Assembly (NCBI GenBank): GCA_012522445.1
Contig: JAAYKL010000003.1
Span: 4,711 to 68,710 of the forward strand
Direction of reading: 5' to 3'
From: Myxococcales bacterium
GTDB taxonomy: Bacteria > Myxococcota_A > Polyangia > JAAYKL01
Length of the DNA: 64,000 nucleotides
Part shown: positions 8,445 through 17,399 of the stretch, one piece after another
Layout of the letters: the number at the start of each line of letters is the position of its first letter
Position numbering within the stretch: position 1 is the stretch's first letter
Notes under the pieces: model-generated
Databases searched by the model: none
Seen by the model: only the letters and a program-made list of their open reading frames with translations
What the model was told of the DNA's origin: nothing
Made by a program: the position numbers and the translations under genes

Positions 8445-10362
8445 GCGCCCCATGACGCCCCGGTCCGGGCGCCCCTGTTTCCGGTACGGCCTGCTGCTGG
8501 CGTGTTGCGCGGCGCTCGCATTTCCCGCGCCGGCCGTGGCGGAGCCGAGCGAGACCGACAACGGCGAGACCGACAACGACAACGGCGAAACCGACGAGGA
8601 CCTCCCGTCTTTCGAGAGCGAAATCGTCGCGCGCCGTCCTTCGGGCGAGGACGTCACCCAGGCCACCACCCACATTGAGGGGCGCAAGCTCCGCGACAGC
8701 GCACGCCACACCACCCTTGAGGCCATCTCCCAGGAGTCGGCCGACGTCTATGTTTCGGGGCGCGGCGCCATTCACGGCGTCTCCAACGGCGCCTCGGGGG
8801 GCGTGCACATCCGCGGCTTAGGCGGCAGCCCCAACACGCAAATCCTGATCGTCGAAGACGGCGTGCCGGATTACCAAGGCATCTTCGGACACCCCATCCC
8901 CGACGCCTACGTGCCCTTTCTCCTCGACGACGCCCTGGTGCTCAAAGGGGGCGACTCGGTGCGCTACGGCACCAATGCCATGGGCGGGGTCATCGTGTTG
9001 CGCAGCCGTTGGCGCGAAACGGCGGGCTACGAACTCCACAACGACGCGGCTTACGGCAGCTACCGCACCCTGCGCGAGACCGCCGCCTTCCTCGGGCGCT
9101 TCGGCGCGTGGGATGTGGCGGGCGCGGTCCACGCCATGTCCACCGACGGACACCGCGACGGCGCTGGCGGCAGCAGCTTCATCACCCACGGCGCGGCGCG
9201 TTACCGCATTCGCCCCACGCTCTCCCTCACCGTGCGCAACAAGCTCGTGCACCTCAAGGGCGCCGACCCCGGACCGGCCTCCCACCCCACCCCGGACCAC
9301 TGGTTCGACGTGTGGCGCGACAACGCATCCCTGGGCCTCGACTGGGAGCACGGCAACGCGCACCTCGCCATCACGCCCTCTTTCAGCATCGGGGTGCACC
9401 GCCTCTACGACGGCTTTTACTCCGTCGACCACGCCACCGGCGGCAATGCGCAGCTCACCCTCACCCCGCACCGCTCCATCGAACTCCTCTTGGGCCTTAG
9501 CGCCGAACACACCGACGGCGAAGTGCGGGACCGCACCGCACAGGAGCGCACCCCGGTCCGCGGCCTCACCGATCTGTCGCACTACAACCAGCTCACCTTC
9601 GCGCCCTTCTCGGCGCTGCGCTTCGCGCTCGGCACCCGCGCGCTGTACAACACGCGCTACGGCTTCGAGCTGCTGTACAAGGGCGGCGCGAGCTGGCACC
9701 TCAGCGACCGCCTCTTCCTCCACACCCGCGTGGCGCGCAACTACCGCCAGCCCACCATCCGCGAACTCTACCTGCCCTTCCCCTCGGCCAACCCCGATCT
9801 CCGCCCCGAGATCGCCGTCACCTGGGACCTGGGCGCGGGCTACACATCGGCGCACTTCGACGCGTCCGCATCGGTGTATCGCACCCGGGCCGACAACCTC
9901 ATCAAGTATTTTGGCTTCTGGCCCAGCGCCGAGGTGGTGAACATCGGACACATCGAGATATGGGGCGTCGAGGGCTCCGTGGCCGCCAAAGACCTGGGCC
10001 CCTTCTCGGTGCAGCTCAGCGCCGACTGGCAAGACGTGGGCCGCTACACGCGTCAAAATCCGCGCGCCAAAATCAACTTCTCCGTCGACGCGGGGCACGA
10101 CTTCGGCCAGCACTTTTTGGGCGGCGGCATCAGCGGCGAGTGGGTGCACGGACTGTACATGGCCGACTACGCGCGCGAGCCCATCGACGACGCCTTTGCC
10201 ATGGACCTGTCTTTGCGCTACCGCTACACTTCGCCGGTGCGGGGCGTCGCGCTCGAGCCCTATCTCTTCTTGCGCAACTTCTTAAACCGGCAATACGCCT
10301 ATGTGGCCGATTATCCCATGCCGGGTTTTCACGCCCTGGCCGGGCTAAAAGTGGAACTATGA
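8434..10362 (+). CDS. TonB-dependent outer-membrane receptor
   Basis: Signal peptide, then an acidic ETDNGETDNDNGETDED linker. Plug-domain motifs VYVSGRG...GGVHIRGLGGSPNTQILIVEDGVP...VLKGGDSVRYGTNAMGGVIVLRSR. About 22-strand barrel-length C-terminus. Alternative start at 8452 (MTPRSGRP...). Confidence 0.8.
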   Translation: MATERPMTPRSGRPCFRYGLLLACCAALAFPAPAVAEPSETDNGETDNDNGETDEDLPSFESEIVARRPSGEDVTQATTHIEGRKLRDSARHTTLEAISQESADVYVSGRGAIHGVSNGASGGVHIRGLGGSPNTQILIVEDGVPDYQGIFGHPIPDAYVPFLLDDALVLKGGDSVRYGTNAMGGVIVLRSRWRETAGYELHNDAAYGSYRTLRETAAFLGRFGAWDVAGAVHAMSTDGHRDGAGGSSFITHGAARYRIRPTLSLTVRNKLVHLKGADPGPASHPTPDHWFDVWRDNASLGLDWEHGNAHLAITPSFSIGVHRLYDGFYSVDHATGGNAQLTLTPHRSIELLLGLSAEHTDGEVRDRTAQERTPVRGLTDLSHYNQLTFAPFSALRFALGTRALYNTRYGFELLYKGGASWHLSDRLFLHTRVARNYRQPTIRELYLPFPSANPDLRPEIAVTWDLGAGYTSAHFDASASVYRTRADNLIKYFGFWPSAEVVNIGHIEIWGVEGSVAAKDLGPFSVQLSADWQDVGRYTRQNPRAKINFSVDAGHDFGQHFLGGGISGEWVHGLYMADYAREPIDDAFAMDLSLRYRYTSPVRGVALEPYLFLRNFLNRQYAYVADYPMPGFHALAGLKVEL

Positions 10363-10363
10363 A

Positions 10364-10891
10364 ATGACGCGCCTATCCCCCAGAGAGCTCGCCTACTGCG
10401 GCATGTTTGGCGCCGCGGCCCTCTTGCTGCCGGTGCTCTTCCACCTCTTGCACCTGGGCCACATCTTCATGCCGATGTACCTGCCCCTGTGCGCGCTGCC
10501 CTTCTTCGTAGGTCCCTTGCCCGCCGCCAGCACCGCCCTCATCGTGCCCTTGCTCTCCGGCGCCGTCACCGGCATGCCGCCCTTCTTTCCGCCCATCGCC
10601 GTCTTCATGTCCCTGGAACTCTCGGCCATGGCGGCCCTGCTCTCGGCTCTGGCGCAGCGCTTTCCCAGGGCCAACGAGTGGCTCTTGTTGGTGCCGGTGT
10701 TGGTGCTGGGACGCGTGCTCTACGTCGCCCTCGTCTACCTCTTCTCGCTCTTCATCGAACTGCCGGCCGCGTTCATGGCGGGGCTCTCGTTCTTCGGCGG
10801 ATGGCCCGGTGTCGCCCTCATGATCGCCGTCATCCCGCCCTTGGCCCGCGCCAAGCGCCGCACCGCGACAAGCAAAAGGATCAACCCATGA
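10364..10891 (+). CDS. Small polytopic membrane protein, candidate ECF-transporter S (substrate-capture) component
   Basis: 175 aa with 5-6 hydrophobic helices. Starts 2 nt after the TBDT stop. Its stop overlaps the next start (ATGA). Confidence 0.5.
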   Translation: MTRLSPRELAYCGMFGAAALLLPVLFHLLHLGHIFMPMYLPLCALPFFVGPLPAASTALIVPLLSGAVTGMPPFFPPIAVFMSLELSAMAALLSALAQRFPRANEWLLLVPVLVLGRVLYVALVYLFSLFIELPAAFMAGLSFFGGWPGVALMIAVIPPLARAKRRTATSKRINP

Positions 10892-11490
10892 CCAAGCTCG
10901 CCTTCTTCAACGACCTGGCCGCCCGATGGGACGCCATGGAAGACCTCGACGCGCTGCTGCCCAAGCTGGGCGAAGCCTTTGTGCAACTGGGCGTGGGCCG
11001 AGATGAGATCGTCCTCGACCTGGGCTGCGGCACGGGCAACTTGACCGCGGCGTTGCTCGCCCACCTCTCCGATGAAGGGCGCGTCATCGCCACCGACATC
11101 TCGCCCGCCATGATCGCCTTGGCCGAACAAAAGATCACCGACCCGCGCGTGACCTGGTTGCTGGGAGACGCGCACCGGCTCTTTTGGCCCGGCGCCGCCT
11201 GCCACCGCGTGTTTGCCTATTCGGTCTGGCCGCACTTCGACGACCCGGCCCAGGTGGCCCGCGAGATCCACCGGACGCTCATGCCCGGCGGCGTGTTGCA
11301 CGTGTGGCACCTCATCTCCCGGCAGCAGGTCAACGACATCCACACCCACGCGAGTCCGGCCGTATGCGACGACCTGCTGGCCCCGCCCGACGAAACCGCC
11401 GCGCTGCTCGCCGAGGCAAACTTTCGCATCCTCCACGCCGGGGAGTCCGACAGCGACTACCTGGTCACCGCCCAAAAGCCCGCGCCCTAG
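10888..11490 (+). CDS. Class I SAM-dependent methyltransferase
   Basis: VLDLGCGTGNLTAAL (motif I), acidic D at the end of beta2, GGVLHVWH. Internal ATG within junk ORF 10489..11490. 4-nt ATGA overlap with the upstream gene. Confidence 0.75.
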   Translation: MTKLAFFNDLAARWDAMEDLDALLPKLGEAFVQLGVGRDEIVLDLGCGTGNLTAALLAHLSDEGRVIATDISPAMIALAEQKITDPRVTWLLGDAHRLFWPGAACHRVFAYSVWPHFDDPAQVAREIHRTLMPGGVLHVWHLISRQQVNDIHTHASPAVCDDLLAPPDETAALLAEANFRILHAGESDSDYLVTAQKPAP

Positions 11491-11497
11491 ACGCACC

Positions 11498-12259
11498 ATG
11501 CGCGCATCGGTTCACGACATCTGGGGCTCGGGACGCGGTTGGATAAGACGCGCTGCCCCCACCGCGCGCTTGCTCTGCGGCATCCTGTGCTTTGCGGCGT
11601 GCATGACGGCCACCGGCGGCACTTACAGCGGCGCGGCCTGCACCGCCGGCACCTGCCTGCTCTGGCTCGTCGCCTGTCGCCCGCCCCGCCAACTGCTGCT
11701 CGCCATTACCGCCCTGGGCCTCGCCTTGCTGCTCCCCTATTTTTTGCTGCTGCCCATCCTCCCCAACGCCCCGGCGCACCTCAGCGGCGACTGGTCGCGC
11801 GCCCTGTCCTTGCCCACCACCATCTTGCTGCGCGGCCTGGGCGGCATGCTCATCACGGCGGCCACCGCGTCGGCCCTCACCGTCACCGAGCTGCGCGAAG
11901 CCCTGTTGCGCCTGCCGGTGCCCAGCATGGTGTCGGCCATCCTGCTGCAAATCATTCACCAGAGCGCCACCCTCTATTACGAGACCCGTCAGATGGCCGC
12001 GGCCATGGCGGTGCGCGGTGCCACCTCGGGCGGTCGGGCGGCCCTGCGCATCCTCGTCTCGCTGCCCAGCGTGTGGATGCCGCGCATCATCGCCCGCGCC
12101 GATCGCGTAGGAGACGCCATGGAGCTGCGCGAATACCTCGCGCCCTTGCCCGCCGCGCCGTTGTCTCGCACGAAGAAACACATCGACATTTGGGTGCTGT
12201 GCGCCGCCGCCGCATGCCTCGTCACCGCCATCGCCTTGCGCGCCGCAGGGGTGCCATGA
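11498..12259 (+). CDS. Energy-coupling-factor transporter transmembrane (T) component, CbiQ/EcfT-like
   Basis: 254 aa. Hydrophobic segments with a conserved LRGLGGMLITAATASALTVTELREALLRLPVP-type coupling region. Confidence 0.65.
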   Translation: MRASVHDIWGSGRGWIRRAAPTARLLCGILCFAACMTATGGTYSGAACTAGTCLLWLVACRPPRQLLLAITALGLALLLPYFLLLPILPNAPAHLSGDWSRALSLPTTILLRGLGGMLITAATASALTVTELREALLRLPVPSMVSAILLQIIHQSATLYYETRQMAAAMAVRGATSGGRAALRILVSLPSVWMPRIIARADRVGDAMELREYLAPLPAAPLSRTKKHIDIWVLCAAAACLVTAIALRAAGVP

Positions 12260-12960
12260 CCCACGCGCTGCCCCAGGCCACCCTCTCGTTTCGCGGCGTC
12301 ACCGTGCACCGCGATCCGGGCGACACGCCGGTACTGCGCGACCTCTCTTTTGCCGTGGCCCCCAACGAGCGCGTGGCCCTGCTGGGGCTCAACGGCTCGG
12401 GCAAAACCACGTTGTTCGCCGCCGCCGCGGGCCTGCTGCCCCACGAAGGCGAGATCCACATCGACGGACAACGCCTAACCCGGCGCTCCTGCCAGGCCCT
12501 GCGCCGCCGCATGGGGTTCGTCTTCAACGTGCCCGAAGACCAACTGCTCTTTCCCACCGCCGTCGACGACGTGGCCTTTGGCGCAAGACGCCTGGGGCAG
12601 AGCGACGCCCAATCCCGCGATCGCGCCAGCGCGCTGCTCCATGAGCTGGGCATGCGAGACGCCCAAAACGTCCCGCTGCACCACCTCTCCCACGGGCAAA
12701 AACAACGCGTAGCCCTGGCCGGTGCCCTCATCGGCGATCCGGCGCTGCTGCTGCTCGACGAGCCCTCGGCGGGCCTCGATCCCCCGGGCAAGCGACTGCT
12801 GTGCGCGCAGCTAACGCAGTGCGACGCCGCCATGCTCATCGCCACCCATGACCTCGACTTTGCCGCCCGCATCTGCACGCGCTTCCTCATGCTCGACGGC
12901 GGGCGCATCGCGCACGACACGGCATTGGCCGACGACATTCGGCAGCGCTGGCAGTGGTAG
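12256..12960 (+). CDS. ECF / ABC transporter ATP-binding protein (A component)
   Basis: Walker A GLNGSGKTT, signature LSHGQKQRVALAGAL, Walker B LLLLDEP, H-loop ATHDL. ATGA overlap with the T component. Confidence 0.85.
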   Translation: MTHALPQATLSFRGVTVHRDPGDTPVLRDLSFAVAPNERVALLGLNGSGKTTLFAAAAGLLPHEGEIHIDGQRLTRRSCQALRRRMGFVFNVPEDQLLFPTAVDDVAFGARRLGQSDAQSRDRASALLHELGMRDAQNVPLHHLSHGQKQRVALAGALIGDPALLLLDEPSAGLDPPGKRLLCAQLTQCDAAMLIATHDLDFAARICTRFLMLDGGRIAHDTALADDIRQRWQW

Positions 12961-13019
12961 GCAGCGCGTCTTTTGCGGTGTGGTGCGGCGGTGCTACGCA
13001 GGGGTGATGTTGCGGGGTG

Positions 13020-15251
13020 TTAGGGCTTGCGCGAGAAGGTCATCCAGAGGCCGCGCCCGACGAAGAAGAGCAGGATGAGCGCCCCGGCGGCAAAGATGAT
13101 GTCGGGGCCGATGCGCAGATAGGCGAAGGTGCGGATGACCGGTCCGGCGGCGATTTCGGGGCTGCGGGCAAACCACATGCCCTCTTTTACCGCGTAGTAA
13201 AACTGGTAAAAACCCGACGGCACGAGGCTCACAAAAGTCATGAGGGCGAGGCCGCCGTTTAGGCCCCAGAAGCTCCACTTGAGCATGCGATCGGACCAGG
13301 CCTTTTGCGGCACGGTGCTGCGCATGGAGAAGAGCATGAGCGAAATGGCGAGCAAGCCGTAGACGCCGAAGAGGGCCGTGTGCGCGTGGATGGGCGTCGT
13401 GTTGATGCCCTGGATGTAATAGAGGGCGATGGGCGGGTTGATGAGAAAGCCGAAGACCCCGGCCCCGAGCATGTTCCAAAACGCCACCGATACGAAGAAG
13501 TAAATCGGCCATTTGTATGGGTTGTGCGCCAGGGTGCCCGCGGCGCGCAAGTTGTGCACCGCTTCGAAGCCCACCAAGGTGAGGGGCACGACCTCTAAGG
13601 CGGAGAACACCGCCCCCAGCGCGATGATGGGCGTGGGCGCCCCGGTCCAGTAGAGGTGGTGGAAGGTGCCGATGATGCCGCTGGCCAGGTACAGGAAGAC
13701 GCTGAAGTACACGGCCCGCAGGGCGAAGCGCGCCCCGACCACGCCGATGCGCACCAGCAAGAACGCCATGAACACCGTGGCGAACACCTCGAAGAATCCC
13801 TCGACCCACAGGTGCACCACCCACCAGCGCCAGTACTCGGCGTTGGAGAGGTGCGAGCCCTTTCCGTAGAGGAGCCCCACCATGTAGAAGGCGGGGATGG
13901 CGATGGCGCTGTAGAGCAAGAGGTGCGTGATGCCGCCGGCGTCTTTCTCGCTGGAGAGGGCGGGCTTAATGGCGCGCAGCACCAGCACGAGCCAGAAGAG
14001 CATGCCGACGATGAGCAGGAGCTGCCACACGCGGCCCAGCTCAATGTACTCGTAGCCTTGGTGCCCCAGCATGAAGCCGTCGCCGCCGAAGAGGCCCTGC
14101 ACCGACGCGTAGGTGCCGCCCAGGGCGCCGAGCACCACGATCACGATGGCGACGAGCAATCCCCACACCAGCTTGCCCTGGTGCTTGGGCTCGCGACCGA
14201 CGTAGGGGCCGATGAAGAGTCCCGCGGCGAGAAAACACGTGGCGATAAAGAAGACCGCGAGCTGCAGGTGCCAGGTGCGCACCGCGGCGTAGGGCAGGAT
14301 TTCGCCGATGGGGAAGCCGAAGAAGCTCGTGCCTTCGACGGTGAAGTGTCCGGTGATGGCGCCCATGCCGATTTGGGCGACGAAGAGCGCGATGGCGATG
14401 AAGAAGTAGGGCAAGGTGGCCTTTTGGCTCGGCGTAGGGGTGGGCTCGACAAAGGGGACGGACTCGGCTTTGTAGTCGTCCTCTTTGATGTAGCGCAGGT
14501 ACAAAAAGATGGCCAAGGCGATGACGAAGATGAGCACGATGACGCTGACGATGGACCAGATAACGCTGCCGGGCATGGGGTAGTTGCCCACCAGGGGATC
14601 GAAGGGCCAGTTGCTCGTGTAGGTGTAATCTTTATCGGGGCGCATGGTGCCGGCGGCCCAGGAGAGCCACGAGAAGAAGCTCGCGACGAGGCGTCCGTTT
14701 TCGTCGGTGTCTACGATGCCCGGCTGCAGGCCCATGTCGGAGTGCCCCTGCTGGAAGAGTTCGGTGTAGTAGCCGATGAGGTGCGCGTGGGCCTCGGCCT
14801 GAAACGCGGTAAACGTGAGGTGGCCGCTGCGCGCGTCATAGCGGTTGGTCTTTTGTTCCTCGGTGGCCAGGGCCGTGATTTTGGCGCGGGTGCCCACGTC
14901 GAGGGCTTCGAGATCATCGTGCGTGAAGGCGGCGGCTTCGGCGGCGGTTTTGCCCAGGTGTCGCGCGGCCACAAACAGGCCCATGCGGTGCAGGTAATCC
15001 GCCGACCAGTCCGGGGCGAGATAGGCGCCGTGTCCCCAGATGGAACCCATGTGCTGACCGCCGCGGCTGTAGAAGTAATTTTGCCCGTCGATGACGTCTT
15101 TTTCGGTGTAAACGATTTGCCCGCTTTCGGAGATGACGTCGCGGGGAATGGGGGGCTTCTCGCGGTCCATGAGGTAGCCGCCAAAGAGGAGCACCCCAAA
15201 CGAAAGTCCCAATACAAACAACATGATGGCTCTGGTGCGGGTGCGTTCCAT
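13020..15251 (-). CDS. norZ: Quinol-dependent nitric-oxide reductase, single-subunit qNOR (NorB/NorZ-type, heme-copper oxidase superfamily)
   Basis: 743 aa. N-terminal TM plus periplasmic extension fused to a 12-TM NorB core (HLWVEGFFEVFATVF, multiple His ligands). Confidence 0.85.
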   Translation of the reverse strand: MERTRTRAIMLFVLGLSFGVLLFGGYLMDREKPPIPRDVISESGQIVYTEKDVIDGQNYFYSRGGQHMGSIWGHGAYLAPDWSADYLHRMGLFVAARHLGKTAAEAAAFTHDDLEALDVGTRAKITALATEEQKTNRYDARSGHLTFTAFQAEAHAHLIGYYTELFQQGHSDMGLQPGIVDTDENGRLVASFFSWLSWAAGTMRPDKDYTYTSNWPFDPLVGNYPMPGSVIWSIVSVIVLIFVIALAIFLYLRYIKEDDYKAESVPFVEPTPTPSQKATLPYFFIAIALFVAQIGMGAITGHFTVEGTSFFGFPIGEILPYAAVRTWHLQLAVFFIATCFLAAGLFIGPYVGREPKHQGKLVWGLLVAIVIVVLGALGGTYASVQGLFGGDGFMLGHQGYEYIELGRVWQLLLIVGMLFWLVLVLRAIKPALSSEKDAGGITHLLLYSAIAIPAFYMVGLLYGKGSHLSNAEYWRWWVVHLWVEGFFEVFATVFMAFLLVRIGVVGARFALRAVYFSVFLYLASGIIGTFHHLYWTGAPTPIIALGAVFSALEVVPLTLVGFEAVHNLRAAGTLAHNPYKWPIYFFVSVAFWNMLGAGVFGFLINPPIALYYIQGINTTPIHAHTALFGVYGLLAISLMLFSMRSTVPQKAWSDRMLKWSFWGLNGGLALMTFVSLVPSGFYQFYYAVKEGMWFARSPEIAAGPVIRTFAYLRIGPDIIFAAGALILLFFVGRGLWMTFSRKP

Positions 15252-15505
15252 TTCTGCTCCTTTGCAGTGGCGGTTGCCCGTGTTGCGTTCCCGGCGCGGC
15301 GCAGCGCGTTGGGTGTTGGTTGTTAATGTCGACCGTCACTATAGACAACGTGTTTAGCGCTTACAAGCGGCTTGCCGCCGGAAAGACGCAAAATTCCTTT
15401 TCGAGAAGGCTGCATGGCCGTAACATGGCGCACGCTTGGGGCGGGCGGATTGTTCCGCAGCGGAAACACCACACCCGAAAATCCGCATTGATCGAGGAGG
15501 TACCT

Positions 15506-17131
15506 GTGCCCAAAACGAACAACATGAAACTCAGCGTCTGGGAGAAAATCGGCTATTCCCTTGGGGATGGTGCTGCCAACATCGCCTGGCGCGGCGTCTC
15601 GATTTTTTTGTTCATCTTTTATGTCGACGTGTTCGGTCTCGACCCGGCGGCGGTGGGCCTCTTACTCTTGGTGGCGCGCTTCGGCGACGGCGTGAGCGAC
15701 GTGGCCATGGGCGTCATCGGCGACCGCACCAACACCAAGCACGGCAAGTTCCGCCCCTGGGTGCTGTGGTCGGCCATTCCCTTGGGCGTCAGCCTGTCGC
15801 TGCTCTTCACCACCCCGGACTTCAGCCCTACGGGCAAGCTGATTTACGCCTACGTGACCTACATTTTGTTCACCCTGGTGTACACGGCCAACAACATCCC
15901 CTACGGCGCCCTCATGGCCGTAATGACCGGCGACGACAAAGAGCGCACCAGCCTGGGTTCTTTTCGCCTGGCCGGCGCCTTTGCCGGTGGCATGGTGGTG
16001 CAGAGCGCCCTGCTGTTCCTGGTGATGCACTTCGGCAACATCAACCCCACCATCGACGTGACGCCCATGGAAGATGCGCGCTTCAAGGTCGTGGTGACCG
16101 CGCCCCAAAGCGTCAAAAACGTGCGCATCAGCACCAAGGACGAAGTGGCGCTCTTCTCAACCCCCGACAACGAAGCGGCCGCCGGCGGCGACAAAAAAGA
16201 GTTGGACACCGGGTGGAGCTTCTCCACGACCAAGGACGAGCCCCACACCTTTATCGTCTCCAACATCGATGCCTTGGCGCCCCAGGACATCCGCATCATC
16301 GACCAGAAGCGCGGATACAGCCACGCCATCTACTTGATGTCGGGCATTATGGCGCTGTTCATGATCATCACGTTTTTCGCCACCAAGGAGCGCGTGGCCC
16401 CGCCCCCCAGCCAGAAGACGCACCTCTCCCGCGACCTCAAAGACCTCATCACCAACCGCCCGTGGGTCATCCTACTGATCATGGGGCTGGTCTTCTGCAT
16501 CTACGGCGCCATCAAGATGAGCGTCACTGTGATGTACTTCAAATACTTCCTGCACAACGAGCTGCTGGCCGCCACTTACATGGCCATGCTCATGGGCATC
16601 TCCATCGCTGGCGCCGCGGCCACCTCGCCCTTGGGCAAGTGGCTGGGCAAGCGCAATCTGTTCATTTACGCGCTGCTCCTCACCGGCGCCCTCAACAGCC
16701 TCATCTTCTTCTGCGGCCCCGAGGACATCCACGCCATCTTTGTTTTGGGCGTCGGCTCCGAGTTCTTCTCGGCGATTTTGCCCACCCTGTTTTTCGCCAT
16801 GCTGGGCGACGCCGCCGATTACTCGGAGTTCGTCAACGGGCGACGCGCCACGGGCCTCGTCTACTCGGCGGGCTCTTTTTCAACCAAGGTGGGCGGTGGC
16901 ATCGGGGCGGCCATCACCGGGTGGGTGCTCGCGGCATTTGCCTACGACGGCGCCAATCCCCAGGCCATCCAGGGCGCCATCCCCGGCATCGTCTGGCTCA
17001 TGAGCTGGATCCCCATGGTCGTGGCGCTCCTCGGGGCGGCCATCATGCTCCTGTACCCGCTAAACCAAACGAAGATGACCGAGATCACCCAAGAGCTGGC
17101 GCGTCGTCGCAGCACCGCCGAGAACGCCTAA
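15506..17131 (+). CDS. MFS transporter, glycoside-pentoside-hexuronide (GPH):cation symporter family, with large central insertion
   Basis: GTG at 15506, 5 nt after gaggagg. An alternative ATG is at 15524. GPH-like N-terminus KLSVWEKIGYSLGDGAAN ... D-x-x-G-R-x-R motif. An extra hydrophilic segment of roughly 100 aa (FKVVVTAPQSVKNVRISTKDE...IIDQKRG) lies between the TM6 and TM7 equivalents. Confidence 0.75.
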   Translation: MPKTNNMKLSVWEKIGYSLGDGAANIAWRGVSIFLFIFYVDVFGLDPAAVGLLLLVARFGDGVSDVAMGVIGDRTNTKHGKFRPWVLWSAIPLGVSLSLLFTTPDFSPTGKLIYAYVTYILFTLVYTANNIPYGALMAVMTGDDKERTSLGSFRLAGAFAGGMVVQSALLFLVMHFGNINPTIDVTPMEDARFKVVVTAPQSVKNVRISTKDEVALFSTPDNEAAAGGDKKELDTGWSFSTTKDEPHTFIVSNIDALAPQDIRIIDQKRGYSHAIYLMSGIMALFMIITFFATKERVAPPPSQKTHLSRDLKDLITNRPWVILLIMGLVFCIYGAIKMSVTVMYFKYFLHNELLAATYMAMLMGISIAGAAATSPLGKWLGKRNLFIYALLLTGALNSLIFFCGPEDIHAIFVLGVGSEFFSAILPTLFFAMLGDAADYSEFVNGRRATGLVYSAGSFSTKVGGGIGAAITGWVLAAFAYDGANPQAIQGAIPGIVWLMSWIPMVVALLGAAIMLLYPLNQTKMTEITQELARRRSTAENA

Positions 17132-17311
17132 ACACCTCCGGCGTCTTTCCGGCGTCTTTCCTGTCTCCGGGGCAGATTGTCTTTTTCTCAGCGCACATTT
17201 TCTGTCACATTTTTGATTCTTCCCTGCAACGATGCTTTTGGGGGCGGATTAGCTGAATAAAAACAGCTATTTAAAGCGATGTTTCATCCTGTGCGGAACC
17301 TCGCCCGAAAG

Positions 17312-17340
17312 TTGGGTCGCGCCCGTATGTGTAGTATTAT
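17312..17340 (+). promoter_or_regulatory. Candidate sigma70-type promoter for tamB (TTGGGT, 17 nt spacer, TATTAT)
   Basis: Read in the AT-richer 270-bp intergenic region. About 60 nt upstream of the tamB start. Confidence 0.3.
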
Positions 17341-17399
17341 GTATTCGAGGGAAGGATAGTGCTTACACGCAACCACAGCAACGAGGAGCCCATTTAGCC

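Noticed and set aside
10489-12259. Long N-terminal extensions of ORFs 10489..11490, 11213..12259 and 11539..12960
   Set aside because: The extensions are Arg/His/Pro-rich and overlap better-supported genes. Internal ATGs at 10888, 11498 and 12256 give proteins with proper family N-termini and ATGA-type coupling.
15255-15290. Possible sigma54 -24/-12 element (TGGCGGTTGCCCGTGTTGC) near the norZ upstream region
   Set aside because: GG/GC spacing is off by one or more and it lies on the wrong strand for norZ.
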